Shown here piece by piece: positions 29,390 through 41,744 of a DNA stretch of 64,000 bases. Under the pieces are notes generated by a model. It was not told the origin of the DNA. It was given only the letters and a program-made list of their open reading frames with translations, and did not search any database. The position numbers and the translations under genes were made by a program. Source of the stretch: Candidatus Kapaibacterium sp. (GTDB taxonomy: Bacteria > Bacteroidota > Ignavibacteria > Kapaibacteriales > WFXC01); NCBI GenBank assembly GCA_015490805.1, contig WFXC01000018.1, positions 72,880 to 136,879 of the forward strand, written 5' to 3'. Numbering within the stretch: the stretch's first letter is position 1; the number at the start of each line of letters is the position of its first letter.

Positions 29390-30190
29390 TTACCAGCTTT
29401 CTTGCTGGAATCGCTCTGCCTGCCGGCGAGCTGCTTCGGCAAAATCTGTCGATAACGAAGCATACAGGATCGATCGGCTCACGGTGAAGAGCGCCGGACG
29501 ATTCTGGTTGGCTTCGCGTAATTGCGCCATATCGCCGCCCTGGGCACCGATACCGGGGACAAGAAAGAAATGGGAAGGATAGGCGGATCGGAGAGAGCGG
29601 AATATCTCCGGATAGGTTGCTCCGACGACGTAGCCAATGTGTTCGTGGCTTGCCAGCGTTGCTGTTTTTTCCACGATGCGTTCGAACAATGGACGATCGC
29701 CACACGGTGCTAAGAGAAAGTCGCTGGCGCCGGGGTTCGATGTGACCGCTAACAGGAACACCAGACTGTTGGAAAATCGCAGGAACGGCTGAATGCTATC
29801 ACTTCCCAGCAGCGGATTTACCGTAACGGCGTCAAAGGGGAAAACGTCGAGGTATGCTGAGGCATAACTTGCAGCGGTGTGGGGAACGTCGGATCGCTTA
29901 ACGTCGGCGATCAGGATCGGGCGTTGATCTTCGGAAGCGGTTACTTCGTATATGGTGCGCAAGAGATGTTCCAGCGTATGGAGGCCACTGCTTCCCATCT
30001 GTTCAAAGAAGGCGAGATTAAATTTGTACGCACAACTATAGGGAAGTGTTGCATCAAAAATTTCCAGCAGGAAGTAGGCAACGTTCCGATGGACACCTTT
30101 CGGTAGCCGTCCTGGAAGGGGATCCAGTCCAACGCACAGGCGCGTTTGCTTCGTTTGCTGAATGTGTAACAGGCGCTGATATACCGTCAT
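29390..30190 (-). CDS. pyrF: orotidine 5'-phosphate decarboxylase (type 2)
   Basis: 266 aa. OMPdecase fold. Active-site region (IADVKRSD). Confidence 0.8.
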   Translation of the reverse strand: MTVYQRLLHIQQTKQTRLCVGLDPLPGRLPKGVHRNVAYFLLEIFDATLPYSCAYKFNLAFFEQMGSSGLHTLEHLLRTIYEVTASEDQRPILIADVKRSDVPHTAASYASAYLDVFPFDAVTVNPLLGSDSIQPFLRFSNSLVFLLAVTSNPGASDFLLAPCGDRPLFERIVEKTATLASHEHIGYVVGATYPEIFRSLRSAYPSHFFLVPGIGAQGGDMAQLREANQNRPALFTVSRSILYASLSTDFAEAARRQAERFQQESW

Positions 30191-30201
30191 ACAATGTGCC
30201 C

Positions 30202-31971
30202 TTAGTACTTCCGCTCCATTGGCTGGTATTTGGTAATGCGCACGGGCTTGTATTTGATCTCTGGTGCTTGATTCTCGCGGTAGTACAACAGCGTATGTTT
30301 GAGCCAGTTGTCGTCGTCCCGCTTGGGATAATCTTCCCGATAGTGCGCGCCGCGAGATTCTGTGCGATTTAAGGCACCATAGACCACGGCTTCAGCGGTG
30401 TCTAAGAGATTTCGCAGTTCCAGCGCTTCGATCAAATCCGTGTTGAACTGTTTACCTTTGTCGTCAATCGCAACCTTCGAATATCGCTCCCGAAGTTCCG
30501 AGAGGATCGATGCCATTTTTTGTAGGGATTCTTCAGTTCGAAACACGCCAGCATATTCCATCATTGCTTTCTGGAGATCGCTGCGAATGTGTGCAACGCG
30601 CTCACCGTTTTGTGAAGAGAGCAGCCACTGGATTTGGGATTCGGTCCATTCGGCTGCGTCCTTTGGCAGCGGGATAAATTCTGCACCGCTATTGAGAAAT
30701 TCCATAATGGCTTTACCAGCCCGGCGACCGAACACAATCAGATCCAGCAACGAGTTGGTCCCCAGCCGATTGGCGCCGTGGACGCTAACACAGGCAGCTT
30801 CGCCCGCTGCGTAGAATCCGGGAATGGGAGTATTGTTTTCATCGATGACCACCCTGCCATCGTTATCGGTAGGAATGCCTCCCATTGCGTAATGGCAGGT
30901 TGGCTGAACCGGAATCCATTCTTTGACCGGGTCAACGCCCAGGTAGGTTCGAGCAAAGCCAGTAATTTCCGGGAGCTTTTTGTTGATCACTTCTTCCGGT
31001 AAATGGGTGAGATCCAATCCGATATAGGAACTCCCATCGGGAGCGGGGATACCGCGTCCTTCCCGAATTTCCATCAGCATTGCACGACTGACCATATCCC
31101 GCGGTGCCAGATCTTTCACGGTTGGTGCATAGCGTTCCATAAATCGTTCGCCCAGGCGATTCCGCAGAATTCCGCCCTCACCACGGGCAGCCTCTGAAAC
31201 CAGAATGCCTAATTTGTACAACCCTGTTGGGTGGAACTGCACAAATTCCATATCCTCCAGCGGGATGCCACGTCGGTAAGTAATGGCAAATCCATCACCG
31301 GTACCGGCGTGGGCATTAGAGGTCACCTGGTAAATCCGTCCATATCCACCGGTTGCAAACAGGACCGCTTTGGCGTGGAAAACGTGGATTTCCTGTGTCA
31401 TCAGATCTATCGCAACAACGCCAACAACCGCTCCCTGATTCAGCAGAAGATCGGTCACGAAGAATTCAGAGAAAAACCGGACATTGTTTTTGATCGCATT
31501 TTCGTACAGCGTGTGAAGCATAACGTGACCGGTGCGATCGGCAGAATAGCAGGCACGTTTCACGGGAATACGGCGGGAGTTAGGATCAGAAGGATTTTCC
31601 GGGCGCGTGTGCCCTCCGAAGTTTCGTTGAGCGATTTTTCCATCGTTACGCCGGGAAAAAGGCATTCCCATATGTTCCAGTTCGATGATAGCGCGGATTG
31701 CATCCTGACACATAATTTCGATCGCATCCTGATCGCCCAGATAGTCGGAGCCTTTGACCGTATCAAAGGCGTGCCATTCCCAGGAGTCCTCTTCTTCATT
31801 TGCTAATGCTGCACTGACACCGCCTTGCGCTGCGCCTGTGTGGGAACGGAGCGGATGCACTTTGGATAGTACTGCACAGGTGTATGGCGGCTTGATCTCA
31901 ACTGCTGCCCGTAATCCTGCTCCACCCGAACCAACAATGACCACGTCGTATTGATGTACCATCGTTCCCAT
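30202..31971 (-). CDS. sdhA: succinate dehydrogenase / fumarate reductase flavoprotein subunit
   Basis: 589 aa. FAD-binding motif VVGSGGAGLRAA. Covalent-flavin His region (RSHTGAAQGG). C-terminal helical domain. Confidence 0.95.
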   Translation of the reverse strand: MGTMVHQYDVVIVGSGGAGLRAAVEIKPPYTCAVLSKVHPLRSHTGAAQGGVSAALANEEEDSWEWHAFDTVKGSDYLGDQDAIEIMCQDAIRAIIELEHMGMPFSRRNDGKIAQRNFGGHTRPENPSDPNSRRIPVKRACYSADRTGHVMLHTLYENAIKNNVRFFSEFFVTDLLLNQGAVVGVVAIDLMTQEIHVFHAKAVLFATGGYGRIYQVTSNAHAGTGDGFAITYRRGIPLEDMEFVQFHPTGLYKLGILVSEAARGEGGILRNRLGERFMERYAPTVKDLAPRDMVSRAMLMEIREGRGIPAPDGSSYIGLDLTHLPEEVINKKLPEITGFARTYLGVDPVKEWIPVQPTCHYAMGGIPTDNDGRVVIDENNTPIPGFYAAGEAACVSVHGANRLGTNSLLDLIVFGRRAGKAIMEFLNSGAEFIPLPKDAAEWTESQIQWLLSSQNGERVAHIRSDLQKAMMEYAGVFRTEESLQKMASILSELRERYSKVAIDDKGKQFNTDLIEALELRNLLDTAEAVVYGALNRTESRGAHYREDYPKRDDDNWLKHTLLYYRENQAPEIKYKPVRITKYQPMERKY

Positions 31972-31984
31972 TTCCTTCTTCCCC

Positions 31985-32374
31985 TTACGGTTTGTTCATC
32001 CACGATTCGACAGAGAGAACAGTATCAAATCCCAGGTATACAAAGTAGGCACCGAGGAGAAAAAGCACAATTGCTGATAAGGTATATACCGCTTTAGGAA
32101 GTTTGAAGTCCCGGATGATATTCCAGATTCCCTGCAATCCGTGATAAAAACCCAGCAAGACGAATCCCAGATACAGGAACACGTAAATCGGATTTTGAAG
32201 CCGTGCAACGGTAGCGTCGAATGTATGCCCGCTGGATTCCGTCCAGTGCACCATCAAATAATGTCCCAGAGCAAAGACCAGCAAAAAAACACCGGTAATG
32301 CGTTGCAAGTACCACGATAGTGCCCGCTGTGTCGACCGTTGTGCCATTATTTCCTGTCCTCCTCTATCCGACAA
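31985..32374 (-). CDS. sdhD: succinate dehydrogenase hydrophobic membrane anchor subunit (SdhD-like)
   Basis: 129 aa, 3 TM helices. Position between sdhC and sdhA. Confidence 0.6.
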   Translation of the reverse strand: MSDRGGQEIMAQRSTQRALSWYLQRITGVFLLVFALGHYLMVHWTESSGHTFDATVARLQNPIYVFLYLGFVLLGFYHGLQGIWNIIRDFKLPKAVYTLSAIVLFLLGAYFVYLGFDTVLSVESWMNKP

Positions 32375-32819
32375 GTTGTTGTACCCATTGCCATAATGTT
32401 AGAGAATCTAACTCTGATACTTCGAAAGGATTACCAAAAATGAGGTACGCCATAAAGATCATTAGCAGCAAACTAATAGCATAGATTGCTCGGAGCATAA
32501 TTTTGTGGTACCGTGAAGCACCAGCAAAGTCAACTAAAACGATGCGAAGCCCATTGAATGAATGAAAAACAACCAGCGAAAACAGAGCCCACTCGAAAAA
32601 TTTGAAGATTGGACTCAAAAACGTTGCTGCTGTTGCGTTGTATGCTGCTTCGCCTTGTGTTAGGGTCCGAAGGGTGGAGATATGGAGAAATAAGTAGACC
32701 GTTAATCCAATGCCGGTGATTCGGTGAAGTAACCATGCCCACTCACCAGCGTGTGGTTTGTACGATCGGAGGTTAAAAAACCATCGGGATACCGAGGAAC
32801 CTTTCTGCTGGTATGCCAT
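32364..32819 (-). CDS. sdhC: succinate dehydrogenase cytochrome b556 subunit (SdhC-like)
   Basis: 3 TM helices with the heme-ligand His region (LHRITGIG). Start taken at the internal Met (MAYQQKG...). The upstream 38 codons of the ORF track look non-coding. Confidence 0.6.
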   Translation of the reverse strand: MAYQQKGSSVSRWFFNLRSYKPHAGEWAWLLHRITGIGLTVYLFLHISTLRTLTQGEAAYNATAATFLSPIFKFFEWALFSLVVFHSFNGLRIVLVDFAGASRYHKIMLRAIYAISLLLMIFMAYLIFGNPFEVSELDSLTLWQWVQQLVG

Positions 32820-32986
32820 CCCGCTGCCCTTCTGTTGATTGCCAGAACTCAATTGAAAATTCAAAAATAGTGAAAATGGCGGAGTTAGGGAGTCGATAAA
32901 AAAGCTGCCGTTGGGTATGCTGTACGGCAGCAACAGATTATTGCGCAGGAGCGGGAACAGCCCCTGGCGAGTGGATAATGAAGCTG

Positions 32987-35059
32987 TCAGAAAAGGTGAA
33001 GAACCAGAACGCCACTGGGCGGATAGGTGAATCGACCATAAGGGGTGCGGACAAAGATGTGCAGACGCAATGGCTGCGGGTGCTCTGAATCGAGGTGGAG
33101 CATTTGCAGCGCCAGCTTGCAGTCGATGACTTCTCCAACAACGGCTGCGAACCCATCAACGGTCAGCGGTAAGGTCGCTGAATGAATGATGATTTCGGAG
33201 CGAGAGAACAGCAGTTCTACCGGATGGGGAGCTACGAAGGCAAGCGCCAGCGATTCCTGTTCTTGCAGCGGGTGTGCGGTCTCACAGCGGAGGTAGAGAA
33301 ATTGTCCATCGGTACCGTACCGGAGGCGGCGGAACAGATCCTGACCGTGGTGCATCACACCACCGGAAAGCGGCGCATCGTACAGCCCGGCATAGTCCCA
33401 TTGAGAAGCGGTCCGGTAGCTACCGGTGATTTCCGGCGTAATGAACTGTTTGGATACACTCACAGTGGGTGCAGAAATTGTAGGTTCAATGGGAGTAGCC
33501 AGTACTTCCGGTGCTGGCTGCTGGATGAGGTGATAGATGCGTTGTAGATTCCAGCGAAAGAGTTCATCGAAAATGGGATCGTTGGCGGAAGAATGTTCTT
33601 CTCCATACCACCAGAACCAGTCCGAACCTTCAGCAATGGCGAGGTGTTCACGAGCCTGCTGCCATACCGATGGGAGAAGCGCTTGCTTTTGTTCCATCAG
33701 AGACTGGCGCGCGTGGAATAGAAGGTCCCAGGCAGTGTTGTCTTCGGGCGAGCCGATCCAGATCCGGAAATCGGCGTTAATCCACGATCCTGCTGCAATG
33801 GTTGTTAATTGGCGATCAGATGGTTCGATTGCAAGGGTATCGAACAGCACGGTCTGGAGATCTTCAGCAGCTTCAAGAGCATCGCACAGTGTATGGACAA
33901 AGTCGTAGCCATTATTGGGATAGTACTCCCAGCAGTTTTCGCCGTCCAGGATGACGGGCACGACAGCCCGCTCCAATACTGTTTCGCCGAAGCGCTCAAT
34001 AAGCGCGTTACGAATTGATCGGAGCCGGCTAAGGAAATCGTTGACCGCATCCTGCGCATTCCAGCGACTGTATACAAAGCCGATTAGATCTGAGAGAATG
34101 TGATCCCGGAAGAAAATGGTGATTTCGCCATCCGGTCCCTGAAAACGGTACGGAAAATACGCTGCCAGCGGATCTGGATTCGGAAGGGAACGCTCCAGAA
34201 TCTGTGCATCGGTAGCGCACCATTGAAAACCGAGACGCTGGAAGAGGTGAAGTACTTCCACACTCACTGCTCCTTCGGGGGGCCAGGTCCCAATAGGAGC
34301 TTTGCCAAAAAGCGCTATAAACGACTCCCTGGCAGATTGCACTTGCCATTCGGCATCTTCGGGAAAGCGAAAAGGATGCGAAGGAAGAACAAGATTCGGC
34401 GTACTTTCCCGCGCTACTGTGGCGTCACAGAGCAGCGGGAGAATTGGATGGTAGAAAGCAGAAACGGAAAAGGCAATGTTGGGCTGCTGAGCAAGTTCTT
34501 GCCACTTTGGAAGGATCGTCTGGAGATACTCCTGATGGAATGCCAGGAGTGAGTGCTTTTCTTCTTCCGTGAATGCTTCTCCCTTTGACAACAGCGATTG
34601 GATCAACGAAAAGCGATTGGTTAATGGAATGCTCCAGGTTAGATTGTACCATACCTGCAGGTCGCGCCAATCCTGATCCGTATATGTTTCCAGTGCTGTT
34701 TCTCGAGCCTGATACAGCGTTCGATACCGTTCGTGTGGCAGAATCATCTGTTCCGCATTGCAGAGGAAAAAGTGGGCTAAGATAGCAGATTTTTGATCGG
34801 CGGTGAGTTCCGTCGCCGGTATTTGCGAAAGTTGCTGCACATCGTCCGTAATGCCCTGGGCGTATTCCTGAAGCTGTTTCGGAAGAGAGGGAGTGATGTT
34901 GAATGTTACCGCAACATTCGGGTGCTCAGCAAACCATTCTGGAATCGTGCGGTAATCTTTGACTCCGTGCAGGCGAACCCATGGTAAGCGAAAGCGATTG
35001 TTCTGGCGATAATACGGCTGGTGAAAGTGCCAGAGAAAAGCGATTCGGAGCGGTCGCAT
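32987..35059 (-). CDS. glycoside hydrolase family 57 (alpha-amylase / 4-alpha-glucanotransferase-like)
   Basis: 690 aa. GH57 N-terminal signature FLWHFHQPYY. Conserved acidic residues region (DGENCWEYY). Confidence 0.65.
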   Translation of the reverse strand: MRPLRIAFLWHFHQPYYRQNNRFRLPWVRLHGVKDYRTIPEWFAEHPNVAVTFNITPSLPKQLQEYAQGITDDVQQLSQIPATELTADQKSAILAHFFLCNAEQMILPHERYRTLYQARETALETYTDQDWRDLQVWYNLTWSIPLTNRFSLIQSLLSKGEAFTEEEKHSLLAFHQEYLQTILPKWQELAQQPNIAFSVSAFYHPILPLLCDATVARESTPNLVLPSHPFRFPEDAEWQVQSARESFIALFGKAPIGTWPPEGAVSVEVLHLFQRLGFQWCATDAQILERSLPNPDPLAAYFPYRFQGPDGEITIFFRDHILSDLIGFVYSRWNAQDAVNDFLSRLRSIRNALIERFGETVLERAVVPVILDGENCWEYYPNNGYDFVHTLCDALEAAEDLQTVLFDTLAIEPSDRQLTTIAAGSWINADFRIWIGSPEDNTAWDLLFHARQSLMEQKQALLPSVWQQAREHLAIAEGSDWFWWYGEEHSSANDPIFDELFRWNLQRIYHLIQQPAPEVLATPIEPTISAPTVSVSKQFITPEITGSYRTASQWDYAGLYDAPLSGGVMHHGQDLFRRLRYGTDGQFLYLRCETAHPLQEQESLALAFVAPHPVELLFSRSEIIIHSATLPLTVDGFAAVVGEVIDCKLALQMLHLDSEHPQPLRLHIFVRTPYGRFTYPPSGVLVLHLF

Positions 35060-35060
35060 A

Positions 35061-36371
35061 CTACCGGGGTTCTCCGTTGATCAACCCACATCGGCGGAAA
35101 ATGGTATCGATATACTGAAGAGCGCGTTCTGGAGTGAAGAGGCGTTCCAGTTGCTCTGGCGGAAGATATCGGGTGATTTCTGGATCATTGCGCAGCAGTT
35201 CCAGCAGTGGAATTTTTTCATCCCAGCATCGCAGCGCGTGCTTCTGTACCAGTGCGTAAGCATGTTCCCGTGAGAGTCCTCGATCCACTAATGCTAACAG
35301 GACGGATTGAGAATAAATCAGCCCGTGGGTTAATTCTAAATTGCGCTGCATATTGTCCGGATGGACGACAAGCTGCCGCACCAGATTGATGGTCAGGTGC
35401 AGCATATAGTACAGGGCAATGGTGGAGTCGGGAAAAATAATTCTTTCAACGCTACTGTGGGAAATGTCCCGCTCGTGCCATAATGCAACATTTTCCATCG
35501 CTGCCTGGACGTTGCTCCGCAGTATTCGCGCCAGTCCGCAAAGGCGTTCGCAAATGATCGGGTTTTTCTTGTGCGGCATTGCGGAACTTCCTTTTTGCCC
35601 TCTGGCAAAAAATTCCTCTGCTTCCAGTACTTCGGTCCGCTGAAGGTGGCGAATTTCTAAGGCGATTGATTCCAGCAAAGTACCAATCAGTGCAAGGGTC
35701 GAGAGATAGAAAGCGTGATGGTCGCGATCGATAATTTGCGTTGACACCGGTGCTGGTTTCAATCCTAATTTCTCACACACGTATGCTTCCACTTCTGGTG
35801 GGAGGTGCTGGTAGGTTCCCACGGCACCGCTGATCTGTCCGTACGACACTTCTTCAATAGCCTGTTTGAGCCGTCGAATGTTTCGCTGGCATTGCATATA
35901 CCACCGTGCCATTTTGAGTCCGAAGGTAATGGGTTCAGCGTGTACGCCGTGGGTGCGGCCAATGCAGAGGAGATCCTTGTATGCTACTGCCTTTTCTGCC
36001 AGAACCGTTGCCAGTTGCTCCAGTTTCTCCAGAAGCAGATGTCCGGCACGACGGAGCTGGACGGCAAAGGCGGTGTCAATGACGTCGCTGGAAGTCAATC
36101 CTCGATGGATGTATCGTCCGGCTGGGCCCACGTTTTCAGCGACATTGGTCACAAAGGCAATGACATCGTGATGTACAGTACGCTCTATTTCTGCAATCCG
36201 CTGGAGATCGAAGCGGGCTTTGGCTTTGATTTCAGCAACTGCTTCCGCCGGGATTAATCCTAAGTGTGCCTGGGCTTCGCACGCCAGAATTTCGATGTCA
36301 AGCCAGATTTGAAATTTCGTTTCATCAGACCATATCGCAGCAATTTCGGGCAATGTGTAGCGCTCAATCAT
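35061..36371 (-). CDS. purB: adenylosuccinate lyase
   Basis: Fumarate-lyase family signature (SSAMPHKKNP). Start taken at MIERYTLPEI. The upstream extension is non-coding-like. Confidence 0.9.
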   Translation of the reverse strand: MIERYTLPEIAAIWSDETKFQIWLDIEILACEAQAHLGLIPAEAVAEIKAKARFDLQRIAEIERTVHHDVIAFVTNVAENVGPAGRYIHRGLTSSDVIDTAFAVQLRRAGHLLLEKLEQLATVLAEKAVAYKDLLCIGRTHGVHAEPITFGLKMARWYMQCQRNIRRLKQAIEEVSYGQISGAVGTYQHLPPEVEAYVCEKLGLKPAPVSTQIIDRDHHAFYLSTLALIGTLLESIALEIRHLQRTEVLEAEEFFARGQKGSSAMPHKKNPIICERLCGLARILRSNVQAAMENVALWHERDISHSSVERIIFPDSTIALYYMLHLTINLVRQLVVHPDNMQRNLELTHGLIYSQSVLLALVDRGLSREHAYALVQKHALRCWDEKIPLLELLRNDPEITRYLPPEQLERLFTPERALQYIDTIFRRCGLINGEPR

Positions 36372-36375
36372 TGCT

Positions 36376-37059
36376 TCATCGGGATTTTTGAGACTGACCG
36401 GGGACAAAATCTTGACCATACCGAGGAACAAAGGTTGCAGGATCGGTAAATCGTTGCTCTTCCCAGTACGCCAGTGCCCGGTGAGCAATGAACCGGACAT
36501 CGAGGCGATTGAAGAGACTCACTGTTTTCGCCGCCGGGCAGAGGGGAGCTCCGGGACCCACAACTATGAAGTCTGGCGTATCATACCGTTGCTGTGCTTC
36601 TGCACTATCGAGCAGTTCGAGCGATCCAATGGATGGAGCGGGAGCAAAGCGAAATTCCTGAGCATACACTTTGTTGCGATGAGAGGGAAGAAGCACAACG
36701 ATCGGGGTTTCGGGAAACCATCGGGTTAACTCCTGAGCAGCGAAGGCAATTGCTTCGGCGGTGGGAACGGCAATCAGCACCGGAGGTGAGGTGAGGCAGA
36801 ATCCTTTCGCAAATGCAGCGCCAATACGGAGTCCTGTGAAAGAGCCAGGACCAGCGGATACGGCGACGGCATCTACCTGTTCCGGGGCTATGCCAATGTC
36901 GCGCAGCGCACGATAGGCAATTTCCGCTAAGAAACGATCGTGCAGGTAGCGCCCGTCAAACTGGGCAGCATACTGGATCTGTGTTCCCGAAACGGCAACA
37001 CCGCAGGCATCACCGGAAGTTTCAATGGCTAACAATATTGGTTGCTGGCGTTCAGCCAT
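36376..37059 (-). CDS. tsaB: tRNA threonylcarbamoyladenosine (t6A) biosynthesis protein TsaB
   Basis: Inactive Kae1/YeaZ-like fold. N-terminal ILLAIETSGDACGVAV. Start taken at MAERQQ (228 aa). Confidence 0.75.
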   Translation of the reverse strand: MAERQQPILLAIETSGDACGVAVSGTQIQYAAQFDGRYLHDRFLAEIAYRALRDIGIAPEQVDAVAVSAGPGSFTGLRIGAAFAKGFCLTSPPVLIAVPTAEAIAFAAQELTRWFPETPIVVLLPSHRNKVYAQEFRFAPAPSIGSLELLDSAEAQQRYDTPDFIVVGPGAPLCPAAKTVSLFNRLDVRFIAHRALAYWEEQRFTDPATFVPRYGQDFVPGQSQKSR

Positions 37060-37254
37060 AGAAATGCTCAGGTTCTCTGCAACGAAAAACGCAAAGATAG
37101 GGAAAGCGACGGGAAGGAAGGGCGAACGTACAGGAAGAGAAAAGGAAAGTATGGTGCGACTGTCAAGAGCGACGGGAAGCAAAAGAACAGGAAGAGATGA
37201 GCGTCTCGGAAGAAAGACTTTGAGCGCAAGGCTGTAGAAGACGACGGAAAAGTA

Positions 37255-38415
37255 GTGCGGGAAATGAGAATTGTAGAGCTGCACCTAACACACTTTCGGA
37301 ATCACACGGAAACGGTTCTTACTCTGGAACCGGGAGTCAACTTACTTGTAGGCGAAAATGGGCAGGGAAAGACCTCGATTCTGGAGGCAATCTTTTTTGC
37401 AGCCTTTGCCCGTTCGTTTGTTCCGGGACGTGAACAGATCGTTGTCCAGCGAGGACAGGAGCAAGCAGAGGTCGAGGTACACGCTGAGCGGGATAATCAG
37501 TTGCCCTATTGGGTGCGGATTGAGATTCCCATCCGGGGACGGAAAAAGATCACAGCGAACGGTGAAAACATTACCCAGACGTACGAAATTATCGGCTCAC
37601 TCCCGCTGGTTGTGCTGGCACCGGATCATCGCTCGATCACCATTGGTGGACCCGCCCATCGGCGGCGTTTCCTGAATACGTTACTGTCCCAGAGTCACCG
37701 GCGGTATCTTAAAACGTTGTGGATGTACCATCAGGTGCTCAAGCAGCGCAATGCCCTGTTAGCAGCGCATCGGCAGATGCCGATTGGGGGGATCGACGCG
37801 CAACTGGAACCGTGGAATGAACAGTTGATTCAGTATGCAGCAGAGTTGACGTGGTGGCGCTATCAGTTTGTTCAGGATTTTGTTCCGCTGGTTCACCACT
37901 ACTATTCGCTGCTGGGTGACACTGCAGAGCAGATCACCGTTCGGTATTGGTCGGATCTTTTTCAGTCTGCCGAGCTTCCCGCTGCGCTTGATGTAGAGAC
38001 GGTGAAAACGGTTGCGGCAGAGCGGCTGGAGCGTCTGGCAGAGAACGAACGGCGGCAGGGAAGAACGCTGCTGGGTCCTCAGCGGGATGACCTGATCTTT
38101 GAAATCAATGGATTGCCGTTCCGGCAGGGAGCATCACAGGGACAGCATAAATCCCTGCTGATTAGCCTGAAATTTGCGGAGTGGCATTACCTGGATACCC
38201 GGTTCGGTGAGCATCCGATCGCGCTATTCGATGACATTTTCAGCGAGCTGGACGAACATCGTATCCGGCGAGTTCTGGAATTGCTGGTGCCGCAAACGCA
38301 GTTGCTGATTACAACAACCGACCGGCGAATACAGGAACTGCTACCGGCAAAGGCGCAATATGCGATCTATCACGTGCAAAATGGGAAAGTAGCGTTACAA
38401 ACGGTGGTGTCGTAG
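37255..38415 (+). CDS. recF: DNA replication and repair protein RecF
   Basis: Walker A GENGQGKTSILEAI. ABC-signature-like region. Walker B (ALFDDIFSELD). Confidence 0.9.
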   Translation: MREMRIVELHLTHFRNHTETVLTLEPGVNLLVGENGQGKTSILEAIFFAAFARSFVPGREQIVVQRGQEQAEVEVHAERDNQLPYWVRIEIPIRGRKKITANGENITQTYEIIGSLPLVVLAPDHRSITIGGPAHRRRFLNTLLSQSHRRYLKTLWMYHQVLKQRNALLAAHRQMPIGGIDAQLEPWNEQLIQYAAELTWWRYQFVQDFVPLVHHYYSLLGDTAEQITVRYWSDLFQSAELPAALDVETVKTVAAERLERLAENERRQGRTLLGPQRDDLIFEINGLPFRQGASQGQHKSLLISLKFAEWHYLDTRFGEHPIALFDDIFSELDEHRIRRVLELLVPQTQLLITTTDRRIQELLPAKAQYAIYHVQNGKVALQTVVS

Positions 38416-38416
38416 A

Positions 38417-38746
38417 ATGTTTCATCGCGATCCACTTCCGCTTCGCCAGATTCTGGAGGAAGTACTTCGGGATTCGCCTCTGGCGAAGAAACTGGCGTAC
38501 GCCGATGTGCCGCGATTGTGGCGCGAGGTAGTCGGCCCACCACTGGATCGGTATACGATCCCGGTTGAGGTGCGGGATGGCTGCTTGATTGTCCACGTCA
38601 CTTCTCCGGTATGGCGAATGGAATTGGAGTTGCGGAAAGCACAGCTTCTGGAACAAATGAACCATCGATTGAGTACGCCTCTGAAGGATTTGCGAATCCT
38701 TCTGGCACCGCCTCCGGAGCAGGAGAGCGTGCACGGTAAAAAATAG
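38417..38746 (+). CDS. DUF721 (DciA-like) protein
   Basis: 109 aa. Conserved position between recF and gyrB. DUF721-like pattern (W..VVGP....T.PV.V.DG.L.V.V.S.VW..EL). Confidence 0.7.
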   Translation: MFHRDPLPLRQILEEVLRDSPLAKKLAYADVPRLWREVVGPPLDRYTIPVEVRDGCLIVHVTSPVWRMELELRKAQLLEQMNHRLSTPLKDLRILLAPPPEQESVHGKK

Positions 38747-38822
38747 AAAATCGTCTATACCACAGCAGCAGCCTTACTTTACCGAGGGCGCAGGTTTTCG
38801 ATAACAAACACAAAGGAAGTAG

Positions 38823-40814
<1,992 letters not shown>

Positions 40815-40825
40815 TCTGGAGGGAG

Positions 40826-41263
40826 ATGGTGCGAACTGTCGGTTTGATTGTGTTCACCGCCGGAGTTCTTGGTATCGTCGTCTATTTGTTGCTCCATCGA
40901 TTTGTCTTCGCACCACCAGTTGATCCGTATGTTGAGGATCCGGTAACTGGCAAGCGGCAGCAGATCCAGGTATTGATTCTCAACGGATGTGGCATTCCCG
41001 GTGTTGCCCGCCGGGCGCTTCGATACTTGCGGCTTCGGAATTTCGATGTTGTCGATATCGGGAATTATGACCGCTTCGATGTCGATCGATCCTTTGTCAT
41101 CGATTGTCTGGGCGTGCCGGAAGCAGCACGGAAAGTCGCCGTGGCGCTGGGCATTCCCGATAGTGCCGTTGTACAACGGATTGATTCTTCGCTGTTTGTG
41201 CATTGTGCGGTTGTGTTGGGAAAGGATGTTGAACAGTTGCGTTTTTATCGTGATGCAAAGTGA
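40826..41263 (+). CDS. LytR_C (LytR/CpsA/Psr C-terminal) domain protein
   Basis: N-terminal TM anchor. LytR_C-like pattern (VLILNGCGIPGVARRALRYLR..GFDVVDIGN). Confidence 0.55.
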   Translation: MVRTVGLIVFTAGVLGIVVYLLLHRFVFAPPVDPYVEDPVTGKRQQIQVLILNGCGIPGVARRALRYLRLRNFDVVDIGNYDRFDVDRSFVIDCLGVPEAARKVAVALGIPDSAVVQRIDSSLFVHCAVVLGKDVEQLRFYRDAK

Positions 41264-41273
41264 GTTTTCTTCA

Positions 41274-41699
41274 ATGCCATCGTGGAAAAAAGTGCTTGCG
41301 TTCGTGCAGTTTCTATGGGAAGAGAAAGCCGAGGATGTTGTGGTAATCGCGCTGGAGGACGATGATCGGGCTATTGCCGATTTCTTTATCGTTGCCTCGG
41401 TGACTTCCGATACCCACGCACGGGCGCTGACCGAATCGCTGGCGCGATTTGCACGCACGGCACGGTACGGACGTGCCCGGATTGAGGAGTCAAAGAATGC
41501 AGCGTGGACCGTCTTGGATTTCGGTGATGTGGTTGTCCATCTGTTTCTGCCGAAAATTCGTGCTTTCTATCGCATAGAGCGCATTTATGAGCACGCTCCA
41601 TTTTTCTATCTTAAAGACCAGTCAGAGTTACACCCAATGACCTTGCAGGAAGTTCTGCGCCTACCATCCCTCAGCATTGAACCAACGGCAATGGCATAA
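41274..41699 (+). CDS. rsfS: ribosomal silencing factor RsfS (Iojap family)
   Basis: 141 aa from the ATG at 41274. Conserved DFGDVVVHLF motif. Confidence 0.8.
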   Translation: MPSWKKVLAFVQFLWEEKAEDVVVIALEDDDRAIADFFIVASVTSDTHARALTESLARFARTARYGRARIEESKNAAWTVLDFGDVVVHLFLPKIRAFYRIERIYEHAPFFYLKDQSELHPMTLQEVLRLPSLSIEPTAMA

Positions 41700-41744
41700 G
41701 GAAAAAGGCACTTTGCTTTCCCCTCTAAGGCGACGGAGCAAGGG

